Part shown: positions 1-11,387 of the stretch, in pieces | How the letters are laid out: each line of letters starts with the position of its first letter | Numbering within the stretch: position 1 is the stretch's first letter | Assembly: GCA_050084515.1 (NCBI GenBank) | Contig: CM114271.1 | Span: 32,178,001-32,242,000 of the forward strand | Length of the DNA stretch: 64,000 nt | Source: Blasia pusilla | Lineage: Eukaryota | Direction: 5' to 3' | Translations under genes and position numbers: made by a program | Notes under the pieces: model-generated | Told to the model about the DNA's origin: nothing | Seen by the model: only the letters and a program-made list of their open reading frames with translations | Databases searched by the model: none

Positions 1-674
1 CCTTGTTCTTCTCGCAGAGTTGCCTGTTCAGTCCCGTGGGTTTAAAAATAACTATCGAAAACCGAAGCTTTCCGTTCTACTTGCATGTACTCCGTCGTGT
101 TCACGTTGTCAGAGCTGCTCGAAATAAATATCAGCGCAGTTGGACGCATCATGTCATCGAAAACGGTGCAGTTGTCGAGGAAGAAGTATCGGGATCGGGA
201 CATTTGAGGACTGAGTGGAGAAGCCGGGAAGAACATGTGCAGGTTGAGGTGCTGTTCTGAGCATACGAGGAAACATGGTAGAGAGAGGAAATTATGTACT
301 CGTCAGTTGCTTTGAGATGGAGATGAATGCTTGAGGGAAGAGGAAAGCTGGAGGAAGACTAGGTAGGAAGGGAAGAAAGCCAATCAACGGATGTGGACTG
401 AGGTAACTGAGAAAGTGCGCGCTGTTCGTGGTGGATCGACCACGAACTCTATGGAGGTAATGCTGGGAGGGGTTTGGGACAGTCAGTCATTGAGAGGCTG
501 GCTTTTAGACGTAACTGACTGAAACTGCCAATGTACCGTGATCCCTTCTGATTTGATTTGTCTTACAAAACAATCAGGAAGGAAATGATAGTGCAAAGAC
601 GTGACAAACCAGAACAAGGGTGATCTAACAGGAGAAAACACGCCTTGGGAGATTTTAGAGAGAGCGAGGGTAAT

Positions 675-1100
675 TCCGGTTGTAGTTCCGGTTGTAGTCT
701 TGTGCGATAGATCTCGCGCTCTGATTGGACGGTGCTAAAGACTGGGATGGATGCAGAGGCAGGAAGAAGTGAAGAAAGTAACACGTGACATGAGGAAGAC
801 TGTCATAAAGTGCAAGTGTTGAACATCCAGAGTGTTGATGCGGAGCTTCCAGGTACCAGCCAAGGAATTCTTTAGGACAAGATAAAGCTAGCGTGGTTGA
901 TTCGAATCCTCTAAAGACGATGCTTCCCAGTGCAACAGCTTTGGGCGGTTAATCTAGGCTATGGAATCTGAGATACAGCTTGTTGATGCCAGCTTATCAA
1001 TTTCGGCGATGTTTGTTTATCTTCGTGTTGTTAATTTCGTACAAATTAACATAGAATGACCAAAGGTGTCAACCCACTGTCACGTAAGGTGCAGAATTCT
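675..1100 (-). mobile_element. Decayed 3' end of LINE family A (same family as 3495-8552)
   Basis: Reverse complement aligns by eye to ~8060-8470 (TGGAAGCTCCGCA, TTGGACGGTGCT...GACTGGGATGG; zinc-finger/TWKLR region). Boundaries approximate. Confidence 0.7.
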
Positions 1101-1149
1101 TTCATTGCGTTATCTTCCTGCTATTCTGGAATCTGATAGGAGAGATCAC

Positions 1150-3490
1150 TCAGGCGATTAGGGTCATGATTACTGATAAACTGTAAATGTGGGAGGAATG
1201 TGATCAGATTTTTGATAGAATGAATCTCCATTGGTACTTCTCCAAATTCAGCCAGTAGCATGTTCAGGGGTTATTATCTTGAATCCCAAGCATTGCTCAT
1301 GAACAGTTTTTGTGGGATATCCAGTCCCTTAGGCCCCACAGACTTCAAAAGCATAGAGCGTGGATGGGATGAGTGGATTTGAAGAGTTGGAATTTTTGTG
1401 GTGTACGCCACATTTCCATTCTTCTGCAATTCAATTGCAGCAGATGAAGTCATCTCAACCCTGCATTAGCTTGGCGGCAACTGTGGTCGTCCACCTTTGG
1501 TTTTTGGATTTGAGCCTTGAACCCAAGACCCCAGGTAGATGTATTGATCCACGATCTGTGTAGTTTCCCTGCTCAATCCTTGTTCATACATCGTAACTGC
1601 TGAGCTGCTAGGAGTCGAGCCAAAGATGACTTTTCTAGTTTTTTGCAACTTTATTTCCATTCCTGGTTTATTCCAGAATTCCCATAGTGCCATCCGATTT
1701 AAGCTCTCACTCTCATAGCCATTCACCCACTCTTACAGGACAGCCCAATGCCTCCAACACATATTGCATATAAGACCATTGGGTTTCCAGTCTATAAGAG
1801 TGGGTGAATGACATTCATCTGCCACTCAGGTGGGAATCCTTGTCGAATGGCAGTATAGAACATGTTGGTGAGTGTCAGAACAATAACATCATTTGCTATT
1901 TTGAACATCTGAGCTTGACAACGAAGGTCATCCTCAGGCATATTGTGTAACCTTCAGATACCTGATTTGATTTCTGAAGGTTGAAGAAGTCTGGCGGATC
2001 CCTGTCCCCATCTAGCTACGGATTGATGAGCAAGGCCATGTTAGAATGTTTCAGCTGGCAACCATATGTGGTCCATACCTGAAGATCCTGCAGAGGGATG
2101 TTGCCCTTCCTATTTCTTAATGTTCTCAAGAGCGGGGTCAGTTGTATTTGAATTGCTCTGCAAGTTCAAAGATCTCGTTAGCAATGTACTTGCATTTCCT
2201 CCAAGGGAGCAAATGTCTGTATGTGCTCCGCACCTGTTGAGTGTGTATAGAATGTGGTTCTGCCGTCATGGAGTGGTGGAGTTCCCTGTGCACTACCTCA
2301 CTCCTTGTCAAATCGTGGCTTTGAGAAGAATGTGCAGGTGGGAGTAGTCTACTTACCTCCACATAACTGGAATGGGAAGACTTTTCTGCAACAATAATGT
2401 AGAATGCTACTCATCTGGGTGGTTCTCATGCTTTATGATCAGTTTCTGAGTGGATCAGTGAGCAGTACATCAATCTCGTCTGCCTTCTCTCGCAGGAAGT
2501 GTAATGGCATTTCACCAGTGATTTTCACCATTGTTCTTCTTTAGAGACGCATATGCCGAAGTAGATCAGTTCACGATCAGATTCAAAACACTGGTGTTAC
2601 TTTGTGATGATTGAAACCAGGTGAGTGGATGTACTTCACCAATGAGGTAATCCACCACTCAGGTTGAGGTTTCTCTGCCGGACTGAGTGTCCACTGGATG
2701 TTCATCTACCTGAACTTGGTTGGTCAAAGAGGAATGCTTCTTCCAATTTCCGAACAATGGGTTGAGCACAAGTCCAAGGATCTTTCTCTGTTTTCAGTTT
2801 TCTTTGTGTCCTCTGATGTGTGCTGAAGGTGTGGTTAAAATTCCCCTACGAAGCCCATTCGAAGGATAATATCTGTGTCATGTGCCTCCTCCACATCACT
2901 GGTTGGCAGATAAATCGGAGCTTGGTTCCTAGCTGTTCTCCCATTGAAGTCTCAAACTAGCAGAATGTCCCTCTTGTTGGTAGTTTCTTCAACAGAGATT
3001 GAGAGGGCCTTAAAGTGGAACTGTACCTTGTTGGATTGAAGTGGGGCTGAATTCACATTCTGCTATGAAGAGATAATGCTGAAGTCCTGCCTCTTTTGCC
3101 TTTGTCCTTTCTCTTTGTCAATCTCTCTGATGACAACCTGGTTGGGTTTAAACCCCAAAACTACAAGTCCCGACAGGCCTGGTATGTTGGGACGACATGT
3201 TCTAAAGCACTGCTCCTGGGTAGCTTATAATGAGTGAACCGAGTGCAAGCAATATAGCAATACTCTCTGTCGAGTTGCCAATTGCTGTAGTTGGAACCTG
3301 TAGTGAGCTTGCGATGTCGTTCCCCTGGTTGGTAGGTGTGGATTAGTGTGTCCTGTAATCCATGTGACTTGTGGCAGTTGTGCCACAAGTAAGGTGTCCA
3401 GTGGACTTAGTTGGAGAAATGGAGACTCCTTCTTTTGAAGCTGGATTCACGGGCCCTCCTCTGCAGCTTAATGCCAGGGCTGTTCACCTT
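1150..3490 (-). mobile_element. Heavily decayed, internally deleted LINE of family B (related to 9886-14874)
   Basis: Peptide remnants such as FWNKPGMEIKLQKTRKVIFGS...VDQYIYLG (1466-1726) match FCNKSGMEVNLLKTKIIIFGS...VGEYIYLG of the 13514-14107 ORF. APE remnants at ~2560-3000. The ORF1 part above 3060 is weak. Confidence 0.7.
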
Positions 3491-4055
3491 GGCAGGTAGT
3501 GATGATCTCTGGGGGTAACAAGCGGGCCCTCTTTGGGCACCCTGCCGCTTGGAGGCAGCCTCTCCGCACAAATAGGACAGCGAGTCCCTGTCTGGACTCT
3601 CGGGCTGGGAGCTTAAACATTCTCCCCAGATCCTAAATCAGTTGTTTGCCAAACCTCTACATAGAATCAGCGGGCTTGAGCCCAATATATCTCCATCCTC
3701 CCAAGCTTGTGAGGAGTATCAGTTCACCTATCAAAGGCGCATACCAAAGCCCAGCATCCCCAAGCTGGGTGGGGAACACCGGCATGTTTATGTGAGACGA
3801 TCAAAGGCCCCCCGGAGTTCGGAGGTGGGCAGAGAGTTCAATCTGGTCTATAGGAGGAGAGCACAGTTCCACATGATCATTTTTGGTGTACGTCCCACAA
3901 TAGACTTCGTCTCATTTAAGATCATGTGCGCAGCTTTGGGCTTTGAATTCCTGGCTACTGCTGGGGTTACTCGGATGATGAATGGCCATTAATGTATCTT
4001 CAAGGCGTCTATCAAGGGCAGAGGAGGCCAATACTTGGCTTGCCACAAAAACTAG

Positions 4056-7000
4056 GTGTCTCAAGATCTGAGACGTGCCTACAACTGGAGGGCTATGGTA
4101 GTCGAGGGTGGTTCCAGCTTGAAGGAAAGGCCCATCTCCACAAAACCGCTGGTGATCTACACACCTAATATCTTTAGTGCTCTCCAAGGGACCAGCGATG
4201 AAGAGCCTGCACATGAAGAGGTTCCATGTCGCAAACAGCCACACCTATGCCAAAAGCGTGCCCGCCGACCCCCAACCCACTTAGTGACAGGTCTCCGTTT
4301 GGGTACCTGGAACTTCTGTGGACTGACCCATGCAATGAAGCAGCTGGAGGTTGCTGAAGTTTTGCTGAAAAATCAAATACATATATGCGGGGGTCAGGAA
4401 ACTTGGGAAACCAAGTTAATGGAGATACCCCATGTACCACACTATGCATGGTTTGGAAAGATGTGCAGCACCCAGGCGGACAACAACAGAGGTATGAAGG
4501 GTGTTGGGTTCTTCATCAGAGACTTCATGGTGGACAGGTGTGAGATCATCAGCACAGGGCTCGAGTATGAACACAGCATATGGGTCAAAGTCCGAGCTGA
4601 GTGCAACTCGCGGGACATGTATTTCGGGTGTATTTACATGCCTACAAACAGTGAATCTGCTGCTGTAACAGAGGCAGCGTTTGATAGTGTGAAAACTGAT
4701 TGCCTTGGGTTCCAGACAAAGGGAAACATAGTCTTGCTGGGAGACTTCAACAGCTGGGTAGGGCAAGGCACTGATCCCCAAGCGGAGATTGGGATGTTTG
4801 GAGATGTGAGAGTGAATGGCAATGGCACACGGCTGATCACGATGTTGAGGGAACTTCAACTGATGGCACTGAATGATAGGCATAAGGTGGGATCCCCGGC
4901 TTGGACTAGGGTCAACTTCAAGGAGAATGAGAGCTCCATTGTGGACTACATAGCTGTGGATGAGGAACTCTATGTTGAAATTTGTTAATATCTAGTTTAG
5001 TCATGCTCTAAAAATAGTTAGTCAGATACTAACTTAGTTGGATACTAATTTAGTTAGCTAGAGATAACTTAGTGTTCCTATATCTTTTAGGGTAACCTTG
5101 AATTAGGGCAATTCTCGAGTTAGGGTTAGCCACCATCTGTTATTTAGGGTATGGATCTGTTCAAGAAGATCTAAGGGCCAGAAGTGCTCACCCTGATGTA
5201 TATAATGTCTCTGTTTAGAGAGCAGAAGCCAATTCTACAGCATGCACAGTTTTGGTGAGGACTCCTGAGGCTCTTGGTCCTGCTGCAGAGTGATCAGAGA
5301 GTAGGAAGAGGAGATTGAGACTAATTGCTGTGCTTGCTAGAGCCTCACTGGAAGGCAGGTTGTTTTGTCTAGTATGCTGATGGAGATTGTTTGTGCTCAA
5401 TGGTGAGCCATGTCTGATCTCTGAGCTGGTGACATGTGAGGACCTGTAGTGTGAGTGCAAGGTGTGGCTGAGTAGAATCCTTCTTAGTATCTCTTAGATA
5501 GTAAGAAGAGTCACATCATGGTAGGGCTCTGATTTGGCAATAGAGATAGGAACTGATTTGCTGATTGTGTACAAGCTGAAATCATGGATGGTCTAGCTGA
5601 TGCTAGCTCTGACTTTGTACAAGGAGATACTTCTGCTGGTCAATCATATTCTCACTCTACACACGCAGTGGGAAGATCACAGTGGATGCGACAGACATTG
5701 GAAGATCAGATCATTCATTGGTCTGGACAGAGTTGCAGCAAAGGCTAAAATGCTCGACCAAACCAGTGAAGAGAGTGATCAAGAAATGGAGGATAGAGAA
5801 CTTCCAAGATGAGGGCAACAAGAAGGTGTACATTGGCAAGCTGGAAGAAAATCTCTTGGCATTTGACACTGTCATTGAATCTACCGTCAAGACCTTTGGG
5901 TTCACAAGAACAACTGTGGACATGGTGCTGGCATGGTGGGAGCGTGGAGTGACAGATGCCGCTGAGATTGCTGTCGGCAGGAAATTGATAATATGCGGCA
6001 GAGCCGTCAAATGGTGGTCCTTGGAACTCAAGGCAGCCATTGCCAAACGAAGGGAAGCATATGTAACAAGTGCCAAAGCCAGGGACGATGCATCCTTGTG
6101 GGCAGAGTATGTGGCCCTACGCAAGGAAACCCGTCTTCTTGTGCGCATGCACAAGAAGAAAATGAACCAAGCCACATACTCATCCATCGATGAGAATTTC
6201 ACTGAGAATCAGAAAAAGTTCTGGATGGAAGTGCAGAAATTGAGCAAGGCCAGGGACAAAAACGACGTAAAGGCCTTGAAGAGAAAAGACGGTGGAATGG
6301 TGACCACGGCTTAACAGATCCGACATGTGTCGGAAGACCATTACAAGGAGTTAGGCAGGAAGCCCGCTCGGACATCTCTTGAAGAGCAGAACTTCGAGAG
6401 GGTGGTGGAGGATTTTGTTAAGATACAACGGGAGAAGGCAGATGATGAGGTTGAGTTGGGCAACCCATATAATGATTGGTTCTCCCTGGCTGAGGTGGGA
6501 GCAGCGATCAAAGACTTGTGAACCACAAAGCAGGCGGTGGTGATGGGCTTGTGAATGAGCTGTTGAAGTATGGCGATGCTGCTATGGCTCGTTCTCTAGT
6601 GAGTCTCTTCAACCTGGTCTGGCGGGCAGAAGTCATCCCACAAAGATGGCGGATGGGAGTCATCGTGAACCTCTTCAAGAAGGGTGAGCGAGAAGACCCT
6701 GGAAACTACAGGGGTATTACATTGCTGAGTGTAGTCAGGAAACTCCTCTGCGGTATACTCAACAATAGGATCTCTGGGTACCTGGAGGAGAATTCTGACA
6801 TCAAGGAAGGCCAGGCTGGCTTCCGGCAAGCCCGAGGATGCGTGGACCACATCTTCACCTTCAGTCAGATCATCCAGGGTAGGAAAAAAGAGGGGAAACC
6901 CACCTATTGCTTCTTCTTGGACCTCAAAAAGGCATACGACACTGTATGGGGTGACAGGCTTTCTTACAGCTTATGGAAGGCGGGGCTGAGAGGGAAAATG

Positions 7001-8482
7001 TGGAGGGTGGTGGAGAAGATGTACCAGAATACAAGGAGTAGAGTTCTGGTGAATGGCCAAAAGAGTGGGACATTCGACATCAAGCAAGGAGTGGCTCAAG
7101 GATGCCCGCTCTCCCCCACCCTCTTCAACATTTTCGTGAATTCCTTATTGGAAGAAATGGAGGATAGTGGACTAGGCATACGGGTGGGCAACAGCTCTAT
7201 TGTTGCCCTCATGTTTGCTGATGACTTTGGTGGCCTCGAGGAAACAGGAGAGAAACTCCAAGAGATGATCTCCCTGACCAAAATCTGGTGTGACATGTGG
7301 GGCATGGACGTATCTGGGCATAGAATTCTTGGAAGATTGCATGTGGGATGCACAGATTAAGAAGACTACTGAGAAAGGCCACAAGAAGGTGAACGGTCTG
7401 TCCAGATTCCTACACTGCCGGGATATCACATCAGAAGTAAAGTGCTGTGTCATTCTGCATACCATTCGTCCCTCGCTGGAATACGGGGCAGCAGTGTGGG
7501 ATGCCAACACCAAACAAAGGGATAGGCCTGAAGCTGTGCAGCTGAAGGCGTTTGGGGGTATGATGTCAACTTCATCACGAATAGCCCGAGTTGGTGTGAG
7601 ATCAGAACTAGGTGTGGAACCCTTGGAGGATAGATGTGACATTGCCAAGTTGAAATGGCGGAGGCAGCTGGAGACAATGGACTCCCATCGCTATCCTAAA
7701 GAGGTGATGGGAAAAACCTGGACCCAAAGAAGACCCGTAAAGCAGGGCAAATCTTGGACGAAAAAGGTTCAAGAGATTGTGCAAGCATCCAAGCTCCCAG
7801 CAGGGCCTGAACTGTGGGAGCAAGATGAGAAAGCATTCGTGGATACTATAACCAAAGCAGTGGGCAAACGCTCACAGCAGAACAGCATGGAGGAAGCCAT
7901 GAAAATGTCTGACCTCTCTTTTGACGGTATATCCCGAGAAGGCAGAACTGAAGAACTATTTGCGGGGAACCCCTTGCTTGGGAACCCGGCTCAAGTTCAA
8001 GTTCAGGACGGGGGGCAATCCCCTTGAACCATAAGAAAAGCAGGATGGGAACACAACTAAACTCTTGCGCCTTGTGTGACGATGGGGACGAAACCTCTAG
8101 TCATTACTTGGTCTCCTGCGCAAAATTCACAACACACAGAGCAAGAGCATATGCTGATATTGCTAAGCTGGTAGCACCAGAATTGTTCAACACATTCAGT
8201 AGCCTTGATTCATTGCCCAAAGCTGCTGCACTGGTAAGTAATGTCTATTGGGGATCCCAATCAGGTAAAGTAGATGGTGTGGTGAAGAGTTTCTTGGTTG
8301 ACACTTGGAAGCTCCGCACAAACACGTTGTTTGGTCAGCACTCACACTATATGAGAGTGTCTCCCTCCTCTCATATGGTACCTTCTTCACTTGCTTCTCT
8401 CTCTACACCCATCCCAGTCTCAAGCACCGTCCAACCAGGGCGCGGGGTCTATGGTCGCAAATCTACGACAGGCACTACTTAA
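4056..8482 (+). pseudogene. APE-RT polyprotein of LINE family A, disrupted
   Basis: ORF pieces 4056-4972, 5660-6521 (in-frame TAA at 6312), 6518-7310, 7290-7920 and 8024-8482. Removing the solo LTR plus one TSD copy restores the frame: VDEELYTRSGKITVDATDIGRSDH. Confidence 0.88.
4973..5654 (+). mobile_element. Solo LTR, 682 bp, copy 1
   Basis: TG...CA termini; perfect 5-bp TSD CTCTA (4968-4972 / 5655-5659); near-identical inverted copy at 24614-25295. Strand inferred from a TATATAA box near 5199. Confidence 0.93.
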
Positions 8483-8555
8483 TGAGCACAGTCTCGGATG
8501 ACAAGGATTGGGTCTATGGTTGCAAGGCTATGACAGGTACTACCTAATGATTATA
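8445..8555 (+). repeat. Duplicated 3'-terminal motif of LINE family A (period 65 bp)
   Basis: GGTCTATGGTCGCAAATCTACGACAGGCACTACTTAATGA versus GGTCTATGGTTGCAAGGCTATGACAGGTACTACCTAATGA. Confidence 0.8.
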
Positions 8556-8699
8556 GTCTTCCATGTAAAGAAAGGGCTGTAGCCTTGGTGCCACCAAGCA
8601 CGCCAGCCCTAGCCCTCCATTTCCTTTGTTGATGATGCTTGTGAGCTTGTGGTTGAATAGCTAAGGTTTAGAACTATTCAGTATTGGGGATGCTGTTGG

Positions 8700-9356
8700 A
8701 ATCAAAGTCGCGTGTTTCAGTGCGAAAGATCAGGTCTAGACTTTTACCAGTTTCAAGTTGGCAATGAAGGCTCCATGCCAAGTTCTGATCTTAGAACAGC
8801 CTTGGCAGTTTGTGAAGATGCCAGTATCATACGCAATGGTTGGTTTCAACTGCAAAACTTCAAGCTTGTCCCTTTTTCGGTGTTGGCAGGCATCCCACAT
8901 AGCAGCACCATATTCCTTTTAGCTCGAACTGTTTGTAGAATGGCACAGCGCTCTCCTTCTGATGTGATCTCCTAGCAATGTAGGAACCTCATCATACCAT
9001 TCAGCTTCATGTGATCTTTCTCAGTCAGCATCCCACATGCGGTCTTCTGAGAGTTCAATACCCGTGTAAGTGTATGAAGGCTTTCAGGGCTCTCCTGTTC
9101 TTCCCCTACCGGTGCTGGTCTTGGTCCTCCTTGCCATTGAATATTGTAACACTAGGCTTCGACAGATTTGCCTCCATGTCACAGCAGAGTTTGGTCAGGG
9201 ATATCATCTTCGGGTGCTTCACCCTTTCCTCCACGCCACCAAAATCATCAGCAAATATCAGGGCAACAACAGAGCTGTTACCCACCCAGATGCCGAGTCC
9301 ACTATCCTCCATTTCTCCCAATACACAGTTGACAGAAATATTGAAGAGGATGGGAG
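8700..9356 (-). mobile_element. Decayed RT fragment of LINE family A
   Basis: EMEDSGLGIWVGNSSVVALIFADDFGG matches EMEDSGLGIRVGNSSIVALMFADDFGG at ~7150-7240. Confidence 0.88.
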
Positions 9357-10340
9357 AATGAAAGAATGAATGAATGAATTGATTTATTGTCCACAGGTGT
9401 TGAAAGAAGGATCATGGGACTTTGATTTACAGAATGTGCAAGAATTGAGCAGGGAGAGCCCATACAAAAAGGTCCTAAGAACTCCTCTGGCCCAGGTGGT
9501 GTTCCCTGGCCTTCACACACTTGTGTAGAATTTAGCAGTCTGAATGTAGTTTTCGCAAGTCATGAAGTCAGGAGCCGTGAGGGTAGGACCTCTAAAGAGA
9601 TTTGGTAACTCAAGTCTGATGTACTTGTGGACAATGCCTGAGTAGAGAAAATGTCCGTCATCATCTAAGATTCCTGACCTACACTGCGTACATATTCTGT
9701 CCTCTCTTTTGGTTTGTGAGAACTTTCCTTTCTCTAACTCCAAGGCTGTAGAGCCACATCTGAATCGAGCAAGTGCTTGATGGAGTTTAGTGGACACTTT
9801 GGCAGATATGTGAGAAATCCGTTCAGTATATCTCTGGGTATTCTTGAAGGTGCAGTAGTGTTGCATCCTTCCAACATTTTTCCCAGACTGATTGCACCTC
9901 CTCTCCCAGCAAAATCGGGCTGGGAGAGGGACTCAGGGACCAGGAACTCCCAGCAAAATCGGGCTGCACCTCCCTGGACGGTCCTGCCTAACCATGGAAT
10001 GGGCAAAAGCCATGGATGTTGAGACGATTCTCAAGCTCTGACCTCCCTCTGACTCCATAGACGGGACTATGGTTTCTCTGGAGTAAAGCACACCCTATCT
10101 AATTGTTTTCCCCATTCCCACTGCCTGAGCACATAGACCAGTACATCGAGTGAACATTGCACCCATGACTACCACAGAACAACCAGCGTTAGAAACCTCA
10201 CCGGAGGAGGTCCAAGACACGACCAGTGTTAAGGATCTTTCCCACAAGCAAACGAAGAGCAGGGACAGTGGACGATCCGTGAGATCAAATGGCTCACGGA
10301 GATTGATCGCACCAAACTCACGCCACTATGTCAGGAAAAA

Positions 10341-11288
10341 ATGAGGCAGTGTGACAAGGAACGACTCCATGCAGCTGTCACACATTCAACAGAGGTTATA
10401 CCATATCTGGAAATGGCATCCATCACCAGACGGTTCTCTGAACTAGAAGGAAAATGGGAAAGCTTTCAGGCCAACCAGATGTTGGCATGGAATACAATGA
10501 TGCAGGCAGCAAAAGAAGAGCAGGGCAGATGGATGTCCAGCAAGGAATCGAACCTCCTCGAATGGACGGCTCAGAAGACAACTCTGGAATTAGAGCTGGT
10601 CGCTTTGAGGGCTGAAAACATGCAATTGAAGAAGGACTTAGCTGCCTGCTTCAAAGAGGATAACACTCAGCTTGGGAAAGCAATGCAAGAGTACCGTGTA
10701 ACTGGGAACAGCCCTGCAAATCCTGTTAGAACCTGGACTGAAGTAGTGGGCAAGCACACAACCACAACACAAATCACGGAGGTTGCAACACAGGTAGCCA
10801 AAGAGGTAGCAAAAGAGGAAGCAGATAGGGTCCTAGAAATCCAGGATAGGAAAACCAGAGAACTCAATTTAGTTATCATGGGACTGCACTTTTCCAAGGA
10901 AGAAGACTGTAATTCAGTTTTGCAAGAGAAGGTCTTCACAACTCTTGGGGTCACACCAATAGTCACCTTCACAGGGATCAGACTTGGGAAAGGAACAGGG
11001 GACCGACCAGCACCAATGTTGGTACAATTTGATCCCTCACAACGGGGACCAGCGATGGAAACGAGGTTGGCCATCCTCCGCAGTAAAGCACTCCTGAAAG
11101 GATCTGCTATCCGTATCTTCCCAGATCTGACCACCAAGCAAAGAGCAGCACTCCCTATTGAAAGGGAGAAGGTTCTGGCTGCCCGCAACAACGGTCTTTG
11201 GAGTGAACTCAGGGAAGGAAAGGCCACGACACCAGTACCTAGGAGAAACAAAATGCCGCACCAACACGACAAACAGGAGGGGCAATGA
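10341..11288 (+). CDS. LINE ORF1 protein (coiled coil plus RRM-like C-terminal domain)
   Basis: 315 aa; heptad-rich N-half; RELNLVIMGL...IRLGK...PAPMLVQF...IRIFPDLT is typical of LINE ORF1. May start at 10167 if the A-run at ~10336 is an indel. Confidence 0.82.
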   Translation: MRQCDKERLHAAVTHSTEVIPYLEMASITRRFSELEGKWESFQANQMLAWNTMMQAAKEEQGRWMSSKESNLLEWTAQKTTLELELVALRAENMQLKKDLAACFKEDNTQLGKAMQEYRVTGNSPANPVRTWTEVVGKHTTTTQITEVATQVAKEVAKEEADRVLEIQDRKTRELNLVIMGLHFSKEEDCNSVLQEKVFTTLGVTPIVTFTGIRLGKGTGDRPAPMLVQFDPSQRGPAMETRLAILRSKALLKGSAIRIFPDLTTKQRAALPIEREKVLAARNNGLWSELREGKATTPVPRRNKMPHQHDKQEGQ

Positions 11289-11387
11289 GCTTAAAACTTC
11301 AGTTCCAACCAGGGAATTAGCAATTCTACAACTTGGAACAAGGACTTGGAGGTGACAAACCTACATGACAAGACCTCCCTATAGGGA

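Larger units (their letters stand above)
3495..8552 (+). mobile_element. Non-LTR retrotransposon, family A (APE-RT-C-terminal Zn finger; RTE/RTEX-like, inferred), near full length, interrupted by a solo LTR
   Basis: APE motifs GTWN, QETW, GDFN, IVDY, SDH; RT motifs NYRGITLLS, QAGFR, FLDLKKAYD, GVAQGCPLSP, FADD; Zn finger CALC...H...C. The 5' boundary is approximate. Confidence 0.9.

Noticed and set aside
1-670. Short ORFs at the window start
   Set aside because: No recognisable motifs or splice-consistent frame; left unannotated.
3490-3600. HDV-like or hammerhead ribozyme at the LINE family A 5' end
   Set aside because: Several short stems exist, but I could not fit the HDV double pseudoknot or a CUGANGA/GAAA core. 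An Infernal or RNArobo search would be needed.
5215-5460. Repeated 81-aa ORF (also 24808-25053) as a conserved small gene
   Set aside because: It lies inside the two near-identical solo LTRs, so the conservation is only DNA identity.
10667-11272. Long antisense ORFs over TE coding regions (also 5711-6202 and 46424-46990)
   Set aside because: Shadow frames with no recognisable motifs.
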